Position numbers and translations under genes: made by a program
Part shown: positions 49,314 to 59,257 of the stretch, one piece after another
Layout of the letters: the number at the start of each line of letters is the position of its first letter
Position numbering within the stretch: position 1 is the first letter of the stretch
Virus record (IMG/VR): IMGVR_UViG_3300042013_000061
Coordinates: 75,570 to 139,569 of that record
DNA from: a virus
DNA length: 64,000 bases
Direction: 5' to 3' (one strand)
Notes under the pieces: model-generated
Database searches by the model: none
The model's input: only the letters and a program-made list of their open reading frames with translations
What the model was told of the DNA's origin: nothing

Positions 49314-49622
49314 ATGAAAATGGAACATAATCTCGAACTGCACAGCCTCATGACTGATATGCAAATCGGTTATTACATGGCGTTGAAATACAACAGCGAA
49401 ACTGGCAAGGTGCTAAACCAGAAAGAAGCTGTCGCTGTGCTGAAACAGATTGCAAAAAACGCCATCGTGAACAAGCGCATTCCACGCAGCCTGTTTATGT
49501 ACGCAAAAGTTTTCCTGCTGTCCGACGATCCGATGGGCGTTGTTGAACGTGCCTATCAGGTTTACTGCCAAGATAACCCGGAAGAGGTCGAAGGCGATGG
49601 AACTTTGGCTATGCAAGCGTAA
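49314..49622 (+). CDS. hypothetical protein
   Basis: ACTGTAAA at 49263 upstream. Confidence 0.6.
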   Translation: MKMEHNLELHSLMTDMQIGYYMALKYNSETGKVLNQKEAVAVLKQIAKNAIVNKRIPRSLFMYAKVFLLSDDPMGVVERAYQVYCQDNPEEVEGDGTLAMQA

Positions 49623-50067
49623 CGAATTCGGATTGCTGAAAGACGAAAGAAAGATTTCTTTTTTCCGCGTCAACAATCCACACCAGCCAATCGAAACGCT
49701 GGAATACATGAGCGGCAATGCGAAAACCACGGCTCGCACGTTTATCGACGAACATGTGAAAAAGCATGGGATGTTGAAAGCGAAAATAGACGGCGCAGAA
49801 TTGCCAGACCTTAAAGGATTCTTTGAGGTCATTGATTTCAATCACGTGCATGGTGTTCGGTTGCTGGCCCTGTCGTCGGGTTACAAATATCTGACGTTTC
49901 TTGCTTATACCAATTTACAACCTACTGGCGAAGAGAAACCCGCGTTCGTACAATTCTTTGTGCAGAATCATCGCGGACGGAATTTTGTACGGTGCCGCGC
50001 ACGTGAAGCCTTCCAGCCACTGACGTTAATCAACTCGGTGCCGGGCTTCCTAATTTTTGAACACTAG
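49597..50067 (+). CDS. hypothetical protein
   Basis: MELWLCKR... ORF. Confidence 0.55.
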   Translation: MELWLCKRNEFGLLKDERKISFFRVNNPHQPIETLEYMSGNAKTTARTFIDEHVKKHGMLKAKIDGAELPDLKGFFEVIDFNHVHGVRLLALSSGYKYLTFLAYTNLQPTGEEKPAFVQFFVQNHRGRNFVRCRAREAFQPLTLINSVPGFLIFEH

Positions 50068-50075
50068 GGTGACGC

Positions 50076-50495
50076 ATGGACAAGCGCATATACGGAACCG
50101 TTAATCGCACGCAGAAAGGCGAAACGTTTTTGCAGTCCGTCACAGTCGAAGGGCCGGGAGCGCAGCAATTGCTTGTGCGCCTTTTCCGTGACAGAAATCC
50201 AATGCACTTTGTTGTGCGTGGCGGAATGACTGCGCTGGTGCGTCAAGACCTTGCGTATGAAACGCTCGACGAAATAATTAACCAGATGAGCACGAAAAAG
50301 GCTGTGATAGGCGAGCATAACGAAACGATTTTTGTAATCGTGACTTATGCAAAAGGTCGGCTGTGTGATTGCCTGATCCGAAGCGCTCGCGCCCTCCGCA
50401 CAATCAAGGCTCCAGTACGATTGATCGAATCGGAAAAAGATTTGTTAAACGCGCCCGTCTCGTACCAACCAACACGCGTCTATAAGGACGACTAA
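50076..50495 (+). CDS. hypothetical protein
   Basis: 139-aa ORF. Confidence 0.6.
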   Translation: MDKRIYGTVNRTQKGETFLQSVTVEGPGAQQLLVRLFRDRNPMHFVVRGGMTALVRQDLAYETLDEIINQMSTKKAVIGEHNETIFVIVTYAKGRLCDCLIRSARALRTIKAPVRLIESEKDLLNAPVSYQPTRVYKDD

Positions 50496-51328
50496 TGACC
50501 CTTCTATCTGTGGACGGCACCAACGCAATCCACCGGGCACACCATGCCGTCAAATACATGGAACACAAGGGCACTCCAACGAATGCAATTATCGGATTCT
50601 TTGCAATTCTGAATTCGAATTTGCGATTGATCGGCGCGAAGAAATGTCTCGTGACCTTCGACCGAACTGGCGGACAAAACTTTCGTCAAATTCTGCATCC
50701 GTTGTACAAAGGCACACGTGACAAAGACCCGGTGAAGAGTGCTGCGCTCGCAAAGCAGGTTCCAATCATCTGCGATTTGCTAGAAGCGATGGGCATTTCG
50801 TTTGTAGGTAAAAAAGATATCGAGGCTGACGACATTATCGGCAGCACAGCGGTCAATTACCCGGATGGAATCGCATACATCCTTTCCGGGGATAAAGACT
50901 TCGCGCAGGAATTGATTCACAAACACGTTCGTTTAATCAATCCGAACAAAAAGATCATTGTGTCCCGTAAAAACTGTAAAGAAGTATACGGAGTTCACCC
51001 AAAACACATGATTGATTACCTAATGCTTGACGGCGATTCGATTGATAACATCGACGGCGTTCCGGGCGTTGGGCCAAAGACCGCAATTAAACTGATTGAA
51101 GAGTTTGGAAAGGCTGAAAAGATTCCATTGGATCGTTTCCCTCCCAAATCAAAAACTGTAAATGTAACGAAACTGCTAAAGCTTAATCGAAAGCTGGTAA
51201 CAATCCGTTCCGACCTGTATGATGCAAACACGGAATTGGATTTATCAATTTCCAAGATGGACGTGAAGGAATTCACGAAAATCTGTGAACGATACCGATT
51301 GAATTCACTTTTGAAGACAATCAGATAA
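50495..51328 (+). CDS. 5'-3' exonuclease / flap endonuclease
   Basis: VDG, EADD, SGDKD and GDSIDNIDGVPGVGPKTA (HhH) motifs. Confidence 0.93.
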   Translation: MTLLSVDGTNAIHRAHHAVKYMEHKGTPTNAIIGFFAILNSNLRLIGAKKCLVTFDRTGGQNFRQILHPLYKGTRDKDPVKSAALAKQVPIICDLLEAMGISFVGKKDIEADDIIGSTAVNYPDGIAYILSGDKDFAQELIHKHVRLINPNKKIIVSRKNCKEVYGVHPKHMIDYLMLDGDSIDNIDGVPGVGPKTAIKLIEEFGKAEKIPLDRFPPKSKTVNVTKLLKLNRKLVTIRSDLYDANTELDLSISKMDVKEFTKICERYRLNSLLKTIR

Positions 51329-51387
51329 ATGTGTAGATAACTACATAAACCACGGCAATACGCCAACCCTAGAAAGAGAGAAAAATC

Positions 51388-51963
51388 ATGACCGCACCAA
51401 TCGTTAAAGTTTCGAAAGCTGTTGCCGCCGCCACCAAACTGCTGGCCGCTCGCACCGACGCACTGACCGCTGCAAAAGCTGACCTGACCGCTGCCAACGC
51501 TACCGCCAAGCGTCAAAGCAAACTGGTTCTTTCTGCACCGAAAGTTGTCGCCACCGTTCAAAAGAACGCTCAAGCTTCCATCGAAGGTTTCACCCAAGCC
51601 GTTGCCGTTCTGACCACCGAAGTTGCCGATGCAAAAGCTGCACTGGCGCTGGTAATCAAAACCGAACGTGACGCCGCGACCGCTGCTGCAAAAGCTGCAA
51701 AAACTCTGCAAGCACAAAAAGATCGCGATGCAAAAGCTGCACAGCGTCTGGCCGACAAAGCTGCAAAAGCTGCGCCGGTTGTTGTTGCCCCGGTTGCTGC
51801 TCCTGCTGTTAAAGGCGCACCGAAAGCCAAAGCTGCAAAAGCTGCTGCCCCTGTTGCTGCTGTGAAGGCTGCACCGAAAGCAAAAGCTCCAAAAGCCGCT
51901 GCTGTTGCCCCGGTCGCCAAAGCTGCACCGAAAGCAAAAGTTGCCAAGGCTCCAAAAGCCTAA
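51388..51963 (+). CDS. Ala/Lys-rich histone H1-like protein with coiled-coil N-half
   Basis: KAAPKAK repeats; own terminator. Confidence 0.75.
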   Translation: MTAPIVKVSKAVAAATKLLAARTDALTAAKADLTAANATAKRQSKLVLSAPKVVATVQKNAQASIEGFTQAVAVLTTEVADAKAALALVIKTERDAATAAAKAAKTLQAQKDRDAKAAQRLADKAAKAAPVVVAPVAAPAVKGAPKAKAAKAAAPVAAVKAAPKAKAPKAAAVAPVAKAAPKAKVAKAPKA

Positions 51964-51991
51964 GCAATTCGCTTTACTGGCAATGAAACCG

Positions 51992-52020
51992 AAAGCGGCC
52001 TAGAAATAGGTCGCTTTTTT
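51992..52020 (+). terminator. Rho-independent terminator
   Basis: AAAGCGGCCTA-GAAA-TAGGTCGCTTT plus T tract. Confidence 0.85.
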
Positions 52021-52040
52021 ACTTTCCAGCGGGGAAAAAT

Positions 52041-52847
52041 ATGATTAACGCTAGCGGAATCATCAAAGATATTCTGAACGGCAAGCTGACTTACACCGAA
52101 TTGCTGCGCGACGTAACGACTATGCAGCAGTTGAGTTCAAACGTTGTCGATTTCAATTTCATCGTTAACCAATTCCTTGCAATGGGTTGCCGCCTGATCC
52201 TTAATGGCGAGAACGTACAGGTTGTTCCGAACGATGCAAAGATTCATCCGACCCCACCTGATTTCATGCGCATTCGTCCAAGCGAAGCGCTGCCCCTCAT
52301 TCGTAGCGAACCGTTTGCCTTCTTGCCAAATTGGGACAAGGTTTACGCTCGTTTAGAAATCATGCTTCAAAGCAAAGGCCCGCAGCCGATGACGACTGCA
52401 CCTTTCCGCGAAATCCTGAGCATGAAATCTATTTTCCAGAATTCGAATCGCGTTGTTCCATCGCAAATGGTTTGCTTCCCGGTAATCTGTTTGCTTGATG
52501 GTTCGATTAAGCTGATTCGCATGTCGCTTCACAATTTCTCAAAAACCCCACGTGACGTTTTGAACGGCGCACCTTGCATCATTCGTGGCAAATCGTCACG
52601 GAAGCAAATCGTGAAGCCTACCATTTTGATCGAAAACACATTCGATACAGCCGCCATTCTGGAAAAGAACGCCGAAGCATTGGCGCAACTTGAATCGGAC
52701 TATAGCGGCGACAACGTTGTAACCATTGAACAGGCGCAACTGTTGCGTAACCTGTTGGACAGTCGCAAACGTGACGCCTCGGCCATTCAAAGCCGTATGT
52801 CGTCGATTCATTCGGTCAATGACACCAAAGGCGCTAACCGGGCTTGA
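52041..52847 (+). CDS. hypothetical protein
   Basis: 268-aa ORF. Confidence 0.65.
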   Translation: MINASGIIKDILNGKLTYTELLRDVTTMQQLSSNVVDFNFIVNQFLAMGCRLILNGENVQVVPNDAKIHPTPPDFMRIRPSEALPLIRSEPFAFLPNWDKVYARLEIMLQSKGPQPMTTAPFREILSMKSIFQNSNRVVPSQMVCFPVICLLDGSIKLIRMSLHNFSKTPRDVLNGAPCIIRGKSSRKQIVKPTILIENTFDTAAILEKNAEALAQLESDYSGDNVVTIEQAQLLRNLLDSRKRDASAIQSRMSSIHSVNDTKGANRA

Positions 52848-52875
52848 CTGCCCTATGGCCCTTTGATACCGTGGG

Positions 52876-53085
52876 TTGTCCGTAACGTTTCGAGCATCCA
52901 GCGTAACGCTCACGGATCAAGGGAAGTTTCAGACGATGCGCTTCTATATAGGGCGCACGCTTCCAACCTTGATTGATTGCAGCCGAAGCAATGAGCGTTA
53001 CCGTTTCAATGCTTTCCGGCTCAAAGGAACGTTTGTCTGTATAGACGCCGTTCAAATGCCGCTTGTGTGTTTGGCGTTCCTTTGA
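52876..53085 (+). CDS. small hypothetical protein
   Basis: 69 aa, TTG start, weak support. Confidence 0.35.
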   Translation: MSVTFRASSVTLTDQGKFQTMRFYIGRTLPTLIDCSRSNERYRFNAFRLKGTFVCIDAVQMPLVCLAFL

Positions 53086-53159
53086 TAGATTGAAACCTCG
53101 AAACCCATGTCTGATAGAAAAGACACTCACACTTTAAAGAACGTTTGGAGAGAATCACC

Positions 53160-54932
53160 ATGACTAACTACCTCGGTAAGAACATCAACGTAAACCACGG
53201 CGGCAAAAAAGGCGTCGTTAAAGAAGTCGTTATCAAACAACTGAAGAACGGCACCGTTCGCACTGGCGAAGGTACGGAATTCACCGTTGATGAAATCTAC
53301 AACAAAGGCCGTGGCGTTTTTGTTGACGTTAAAGGCGGCGCTACTAAAAAGCCTGCTGCTGATAACACCCGCAAGGCACCAACTGCAAAACCTGCTGCTA
53401 CTGTTGCGCCGGTCGGTCGCGTTGCTTCTGTTGTTACCGCTGAAGAACTGGAAGGCAAACGCGTAAACGGTTCCCGCGTTGAACGTGTTCTGAAAAAGGC
53501 CGGGAAAGTAAAACTGGAAGACGGCACCACCGTTGAACTGGCTTCGATTACTCGCAAGGGTAAAGGCTACACTTCTGATTCGGCTCTGATGCCAGAAGAA
53601 CCGAAAACCAGTGCAAAAACCGCAAGCGCAAAACCAGCCGGTAAAACTGGCGGCGCGGTTCCAAAAGTGAAAGCCGCAACTTTCGACAGCGCCACCTTTG
53701 GCCCTGCTGGCGAATACACCACGAAAGACGTTCGCCATCAAATCGTTGATATCGACGGCGAAGAAAGCACCGTAGAAAAAGTATTCACCTCCGGTCGTTG
53801 CGTTACTGACGACGGTTCTGAATTCTACGTGACCGACGTTCGTACCCGTCTCGATGGCACCTTCTGCGTTTATTCGGAAGAATACATCGAAGAACTGAAA
53901 GGCATTTGGGCCGCTGCACAAGCGCCTGCAAAAAATGCACAGGTTCGCACTACTGCTGAAATCACCACCAAAGAAGTTAAAGGCAAAAATATTGCCGTTG
54001 GTGACGTAACGCACGTAATCGTTAAAACCTTTACCGGTGGCAACGTCGTAACCGATCACGATTTCAAGTTCAACGTGACCGACATTGCACGTAAAGGCCG
54101 TGGCTACATTTACACCGGCGAAATGCCAACCAAAAAAGGCGGCGCACTTCCAAAGGCTCGCCCTGCACCAGAACCGCAATCGAAAATCCTGAGCGTTGAA
54201 GCTTTCGACGGCGACACCGCAAAAGATATTCGCGACCTGCTCGCAAAAGCTGTACGCGGCGTTATCGCAGAAACTTACGATATCGACGTGGCTGGCGTGT
54301 TCGTTGCGCATGACGATCACATTCTGACTTTCCAAGTCAGTTTCGCTGCAACCGATGCCGATCCTGAATTGGTGAAAGCTTCGATTGAAAAACAGCGTCA
54401 AGAAAACTTTGCTGATTCCGAAGCGCGTGATTTCGAACAACACGAATTGACCGACGCACCGAAAGGCAAAGCTACTACCGAAGAAGAGGAAGAGGAAGAA
54501 GAGGAAGAAGAGGAACGCGAAGAAGAGGAAGAAGAGGAAGAGGAAGAAGAGCCGGAATTCGCCGTAATGCAAGATGATAACGGCGGTGATGATTTCGACG
54601 CGATGCCTACCAACGTTTCTTTCCCTGCTGATTCCTCGGCAGAAATTGCCGGTGCCGTTGGCCGTCTGCAACGTCTGTTCCCCGGCAAAAACCTCGCCGG
54701 TTATGCAGAATCGTGGTACGACTCGCAAGAAGCATTCGACGCGGTTGAATACGATATTGAACCGGGCAACACCGTAACCGTCGAAGGCGCTGAATATATT
54801 CTGGTCGGTTTGAAAGATCAGAAAATCGACGGCGTTATGCAACCGGCCCCGTACCTCGTTCACAGCGTTAAAAAGCAATTCCGCCCTGACGTGACTTTCG
54901 CCATGCTCAAAGAGTGGGTAGCTGCGCAGTAA
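53160..54932 (+). CDS. protein with four small beta-rich repeats and a poly-Glu tract
   Basis: Repeated G.V.T.DG..F.V..I..KG.G units; E-rich tract; GGAG RBS. Confidence 0.75.
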   Translation: MTNYLGKNINVNHGGKKGVVKEVVIKQLKNGTVRTGEGTEFTVDEIYNKGRGVFVDVKGGATKKPAADNTRKAPTAKPAATVAPVGRVASVVTAEELEGKRVNGSRVERVLKKAGKVKLEDGTTVELASITRKGKGYTSDSALMPEEPKTSAKTASAKPAGKTGGAVPKVKAATFDSATFGPAGEYTTKDVRHQIVDIDGEESTVEKVFTSGRCVTDDGSEFYVTDVRTRLDGTFCVYSEEYIEELKGIWAAAQAPAKNAQVRTTAEITTKEVKGKNIAVGDVTHVIVKTFTGGNVVTDHDFKFNVTDIARKGRGYIYTGEMPTKKGGALPKARPAPEPQSKILSVEAFDGDTAKDIRDLLAKAVRGVIAETYDIDVAGVFVAHDDHILTFQVSFAATDADPELVKASIEKQRQENFADSEARDFEQHELTDAPKGKATTEEEEEEEEEEEEREEEEEEEEEEEPEFAVMQDDNGGDDFDAMPTNVSFPADSSAEIAGAVGRLQRLFPGKNLAGYAESWYDSQEAFDAVEYDIEPGNTVTVEGAEYILVGLKDQKIDGVMQPAPYLVHSVKKQFRPDVTFAMLKEWVAAQ

Positions 54933-55003
54933 TTGCAGCAGTCACAAATTAAATGACTGGCGGGGGAATACCTCCGCCTAAGTAAATTGCTAGGAGAATC
55001 ACC

Positions 55004-56293
55004 ATGAACTTTTTCGCTACCCTGCGCGCTGCTGCTGTTTCTCAATGCCAAGGCTTTTTCTACGGCCTGATTTTGAACGCGTTGAAAACCGAACCGGAAG
55101 AAATGGTCGATTGGGTTTTGATTGACCCGGCTGAATTCGAAATCGACGAAGCCGAAGAGCATCCGCCGATTCTGATGAAACGCGTTGCGCTTCCTTTGTT
55201 CGCAATTGTTAATGCGGACGAACAGGAACAATACGCCACCAACGCAGCGGACGAAATCGAAACCGCGTTCGGCGTAAACATCGGCCTGTTTCAAGACACC
55301 AGCGCCGGGGAAATCATTGTCTACATTTCGAATTACCCGGTTGACGTAAATCGCACTCGCGAATTGTTCAACGACGAAGAAGACGAAGACGAAGGTTTGC
55401 CGTCTCGTGAAGAAATCGGCGCATCGCTGGCCGTTCTGGAAGACGATGATATCGCTTTCCTGAATTTCATTCGCACGACAGTTGGCGAACAAATCTTCGA
55501 CGATATTACTTTCGACGAAGACGACGAAACTGTTCTGCGTGAATTCCTCATGTCTACCGACAGCGCCGAAGACTTGGAAATCAGCAATGATTGCCTGTTG
55601 GCTCTGCGCAACGAGTACGACGAAGAAGAGGAAGAAGAGGAATTGGAAGAAGAGGAAGAGGAAGAAGCCGCCGCGCAAACTCCGCTTTCGATTGTTCCGC
55701 AAATTCCTGCGCCGGTACAAGGTGACGATTTCGAACCGCTCGACGATTTCGAAGCAGAAGCCCCGGTAGTCGAAGGCGATAAAACCGAACCAGTTTCGGC
55801 GGTTGATTTGGCTGGCGATGATTTCGAAGCCGAACAACGCACCGAAGCCGAACAGGTAGAAGCTGAAGCCGAGCAAGACGCGGCAATTGGCGCCCCGGAC
55901 AACGCGCACGAAGAATCGTTTATCGACGATCAAGGGCAAGCTGTACCGAATGCCGTTGAAACCGCACCAGCGCCCGTACAGGCTGCGCCAGCCGAAAGCG
56001 TGGAAGAAACCAGCGAACACCAGATGGCACGCTTCAATCGCATTCTGGAAGACTTCGCGGCCAAGCTGCCGACTGACACCATTTCGGAACTGAAGGACGG
56101 CGTTGTAACCGTAATGCTTTCTCGCTCTGTTGAAGGCGTGAATAAAGATTACGTGTTGAACGTGAAAATTGAACACGAGAATTTCGCGGGCATCAAAATG
56201 ATGGACGTGTTCTACGTGTTCGACGATCAGGGCCAACAAGTTCTGCGCGCAACGAATGTTGCTGCTGTACTCGACATGATTGCCGCGCTGTAA
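55004..56293 (+). CDS. extremely acidic protein
   Basis: AGGAG RBS; D/E-rich throughout with a poly-E tract. Confidence 0.75.
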   Translation: MNFFATLRAAAVSQCQGFFYGLILNALKTEPEEMVDWVLIDPAEFEIDEAEEHPPILMKRVALPLFAIVNADEQEQYATNAADEIETAFGVNIGLFQDTSAGEIIVYISNYPVDVNRTRELFNDEEDEDEGLPSREEIGASLAVLEDDDIAFLNFIRTTVGEQIFDDITFDEDDETVLREFLMSTDSAEDLEISNDCLLALRNEYDEEEEEEELEEEEEEEAAAQTPLSIVPQIPAPVQGDDFEPLDDFEAEAPVVEGDKTEPVSAVDLAGDDFEAEQRTEAEQVEAEAEQDAAIGAPDNAHEESFIDDQGQAVPNAVETAPAPVQAAPAESVEETSEHQMARFNRILEDFAAKLPTDTISELKDGVVTVMLSRSVEGVNKDYVLNVKIEHENFAGIKMMDVFYVFDDQGQQVLRATNVAAVLDMIAAL

Positions 56294-56306
56294 TTATTTA
56301 CGCAAC

Positions 56307-56339
56307 GGGGAAGGGTGCCTAGCGCCCCTCCCCATTTTT
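56307..56339 (+). terminator. probable terminator
   Basis: GGGGAAGGGTGC/GCGCCCCTCCCC stem plus T tract. Confidence 0.55.
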
Positions 56340-56358
56340 GCATCTTGAGGATTTAAAT

Positions 56359-56832
56359 ATGAATTCGCTGACTCGCTCGCAGAAAATCGGAAATCTGGAT
56401 TTGGTATTGTCGCTGATTCGCGACGACGCCGAAAAGCTCGCAATGAACAAGCAGGAAATGTTTTCGTTCAACACGCAATACACCTCCCTCGTCGGGCCGA
56501 ATATCACCGTCACCACTCCGCAATATACGGGCGTAATTACCGTGGATTTCGAAGGCAACGTGGTGCGTTATGATACCTACGGCTATCGTCACCGGTTCGC
56601 GGATAATAACGCGTTCGTCACGTTCCTCCTTTCCACTCTCGAAAGTCCTTTGCACGCATGCCACAAACTGGCCGGTGAAATCGGCGGCAAGACAATGGGC
56701 AATTCCGTTATCCTGCAAAAAGATAACGTCGCCTATTACATCGTCGAAGCCCCCGGCGGTTTTGAAGTGAAGTTCTCCAACCAGAAAATCTCAATGTCGT
56801 TTGACGATATCGTCGGTTTGCTTGGAGCGTAA
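56359..56832 (+). CDS. hypothetical protein
   Basis: GAGG RBS. Confidence 0.6.
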   Translation: MNSLTRSQKIGNLDLVLSLIRDDAEKLAMNKQEMFSFNTQYTSLVGPNITVTTPQYTGVITVDFEGNVVRYDTYGYRHRFADNNAFVTFLLSTLESPLHACHKLAGEIGGKTMGNSVILQKDNVAYYIVEAPGGFEVKFSNQKISMSFDDIVGLLGA

Positions 56833-56835
56833 GAA

Positions 56836-57108
56836 ATGGAACCAGTGCGTTTTGCTGAAACGTTAATCGGATTTCTGCAACAAGACGAAATTCTGATTAT
56901 TGATAACGCGCTGGATATGCCGATTGAAGAAGCGGCCACGACGTTACTGAAAATTCTGGCATTGCGTCCAGACGGTGACGACGTGGCCGTTGCCGTTACT
57001 AACGGCGGAACATTTCTTGCCTATCGGAAATCCTGTGCAGAGAAATATCAGGAATTCATTTCTGACGTAACAGACCTGAGCGAGCGCGACCATGCAGATG
57101 CTGAATAG
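56836..57108 (+). CDS. hypothetical protein
   Basis: GGAG RBS; 90 aa. Confidence 0.6.
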   Translation: MEPVRFAETLIGFLQQDEILIIDNALDMPIEEAATTLLKILALRPDGDDVAVAVTNGGTFLAYRKSCAEKYQEFISDVTDLSERDHADAE

Positions 57109-58381
57109 CACAATTCACCGGCTGTACGAAAAGGGTTTCATTAAACTTTGCGACCCGACGCAATTTATCAATTCGTACACGTATGAGTTTATGGGCCGTA
57201 TTACGACCCAACGTATTACGGTTGATCCGCGCATGAAAAAAGTAGACCTGATTCGAATCGTTGACGCGGCATGCAACGGCAGCATGGAAAACATGGTTAC
57301 GCTTGCCATGCTCTATAACGTCGGCTACGGCGTCCCATTCGACGCACGGCTGGCCGATGCGTGGGCGCACCATGCAACGCTTGTTAAGGCTGCTGTAGGC
57401 TTTGAGGCGTGCTGCAAGGCGGCAAAGGATCACGCATTCGATAACCCGCCTGAGATTTACCCGAACAGCATTGTGTTCCCTTGTCTGGCAATCGTTGACC
57501 AGATACACGACCACAAGCACGACGGCACATTACGACAGGGCACGTATGTAATGCCGCGCCTTGATGGCATTCGTGTTTATTTGATCTACCGGCATTATCC
57601 CGGCACCGTTCCGCATTTGTACGCGGGATTCTATCGCGACGGCGAAGACACATTTATTGCGCTCGACAAATTAATCGAGTTGGGCGCGCCGCGTTACTTC
57701 GGTGAATTGCGAAATAGAATCGTAATTACTGAATACACGCCATTCGGTGACAACACGATGTACGTGGTTGCCGGTACGATTTACGTTCCAGAATCGAAAG
57801 GCGGTTCTGCGCTAACGGTTGATACGTTCCACGAATTCTTAGCGAATAATCATGCACCATTAGCGCGTGAACGCTTCGACACTGCTGGCGACGTGGCTGA
57901 ACTGGAAGAGCTTGAGAAAACTGTAAATAGACTCAAGCGAATACAACAACGCTTCACGGATTTAACTAAACCAATCCCGGCAGAGCAAAAGGCCGAACTA
58001 CGGGCGGCAGAAACGCGCTACGCTGACTTGGCTAATTCATTAAAGGTTGCAGACCCGCAAGCGGAATATGAAGCTTATGTCGCATCGTTGCCGAAATCCC
58101 GGCTGCGCTTTGTGATGCACGAGCTTTACCGCTGGAACCGTGACGGATTAAAGACGGTTAAAATGAGTCGCATTATGCAGACGCATTTGCAATCGTTGGG
58201 ATTCACCAGTTTGATGCACGCCGCGCTTGAAACCGTTGGTTGGGTTGCCGACCATGAAGACGTGCCGAAAACTGTAAAGATGTTTGAGAAGACATTAGAC
58301 GCAAAGGTTAACGCCTTAATCATTCAGCCAAGCACAGACGCGACCGTTCGCTTTGTGGACGTAACGAGGATTGATGTATGA
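57092..58381 (+). CDS. Sel1-like repeat fused to a degenerate DNA ligase adenylation-like domain
   Basis: LAMLYNVGYGVPFDARLADAW (Sel1); MPRLDGIRVYLIY (KxDG with K to R); LQSLGF. Confidence 0.55.
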   Translation: MQMLNSTIHRLYEKGFIKLCDPTQFINSYTYEFMGRITTQRITVDPRMKKVDLIRIVDAACNGSMENMVTLAMLYNVGYGVPFDARLADAWAHHATLVKAAVGFEACCKAAKDHAFDNPPEIYPNSIVFPCLAIVDQIHDHKHDGTLRQGTYVMPRLDGIRVYLIYRHYPGTVPHLYAGFYRDGEDTFIALDKLIELGAPRYFGELRNRIVITEYTPFGDNTMYVVAGTIYVPESKGGSALTVDTFHEFLANNHAPLARERFDTAGDVAELEELEKTVNRLKRIQQRFTDLTKPIPAEQKAELRAAETRYADLANSLKVADPQAEYEAYVASLPKSRLRFVMHELYRWNRDGLKTVKMSRIMQTHLQSLGFTSLMHAALETVGWVADHEDVPKTVKMFEKTLDAKVNALIIQPSTDATVRFVDVTRIDV

Positions 58382-59250
58382 ACGACATTTCTTACGAAGA
58401 TAAACAAACGCAGCAATTGCATTCGGAACAGCCTGTAATCGGCGTTGCACAGGAACCAGAAAACACCGTGCGTACCCGTCACAACATTCCGACTGCATTG
58501 GAAATCAATTCCGAATATCCAATCACTTTTACTCCACGCGTTGACGTGTACGTGGGCGCTCTGCTCAATACTGTAAATGAAGTTGTAGAAGCGCACCCGA
58601 TTCTGACCGACGTAAACGATAACCCGATTTGTTTGTCTCGCCCTCTTTCGCGTGCAAAGAGCGGGATTGCAATTCAACCGATGGAAAAGCTGTACGAATT
58701 CCTGACGGACATTACGCAGCATAAATACCTGCTGCTGGCTGCCGATGATGCGGCCATTCATGATCGACTCACTTCCACAGTTGAAAGCATTCATGCGCAA
58801 TTGCTGGATCATTTCGGCGGCGATCCGCTGGAACAAGAAGGTGCAGAATTCTCCATTGCACGCCGTGATTTCTTCACCACTAGCGTTTCGTTCGACGTTG
58901 TTGAAACGAACGTCGGTTTGCAAACTGTAAATGACATTCAACTGGTTGTTAGTGTTTATATTCACGCATCCAGCTTGACCAGCCTGAAGGTTGAAACACT
59001 CGAAATCGCGAATACTGTAAAAACACAGTACCGCACAGTGTTGCGCAACTTTGCACGGGCTAGCGGTATCGAAACACGTTTCGGCGTCGTTTTTGACGCT
59101 GGTAATTTCTCTGTACGTCCTAGCGTTCTGAATCTGTTCACCGCGTTGATTCAACACAGTGAAGGTAAAGTCGCCGTCGTACACAACGAAGCACACCTAC
59201 CCGACGAGGCAAACATTGTTGTAAGCCTCGACATTAATTCGAAAGGATAG
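58378..59250 (+). CDS. hypothetical protein
   Basis: 290-aa ORF; GAGG RBS. Confidence 0.65.
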   Translation: MNDISYEDKQTQQLHSEQPVIGVAQEPENTVRTRHNIPTALEINSEYPITFTPRVDVYVGALLNTVNEVVEAHPILTDVNDNPICLSRPLSRAKSGIAIQPMEKLYEFLTDITQHKYLLLAADDAAIHDRLTSTVESIHAQLLDHFGGDPLEQEGAEFSIARRDFFTTSVSFDVVETNVGLQTVNDIQLVVSVYIHASSLTSLKVETLEIANTVKTQYRTVLRNFARASGIETRFGVVFDAGNFSVRPSVLNLFTALIQHSEGKVAVVHNEAHLPDEANIVVSLDINSKG

Positions 59251-59257
59251 AAACAAA

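Noticed and set aside
44394-56239. Long minus-strand ORFs opposite the topoisomerase and acidic-protein genes
   Set aside because: The same antisense shadow effect; the sense genes have clear motifs or RBSs
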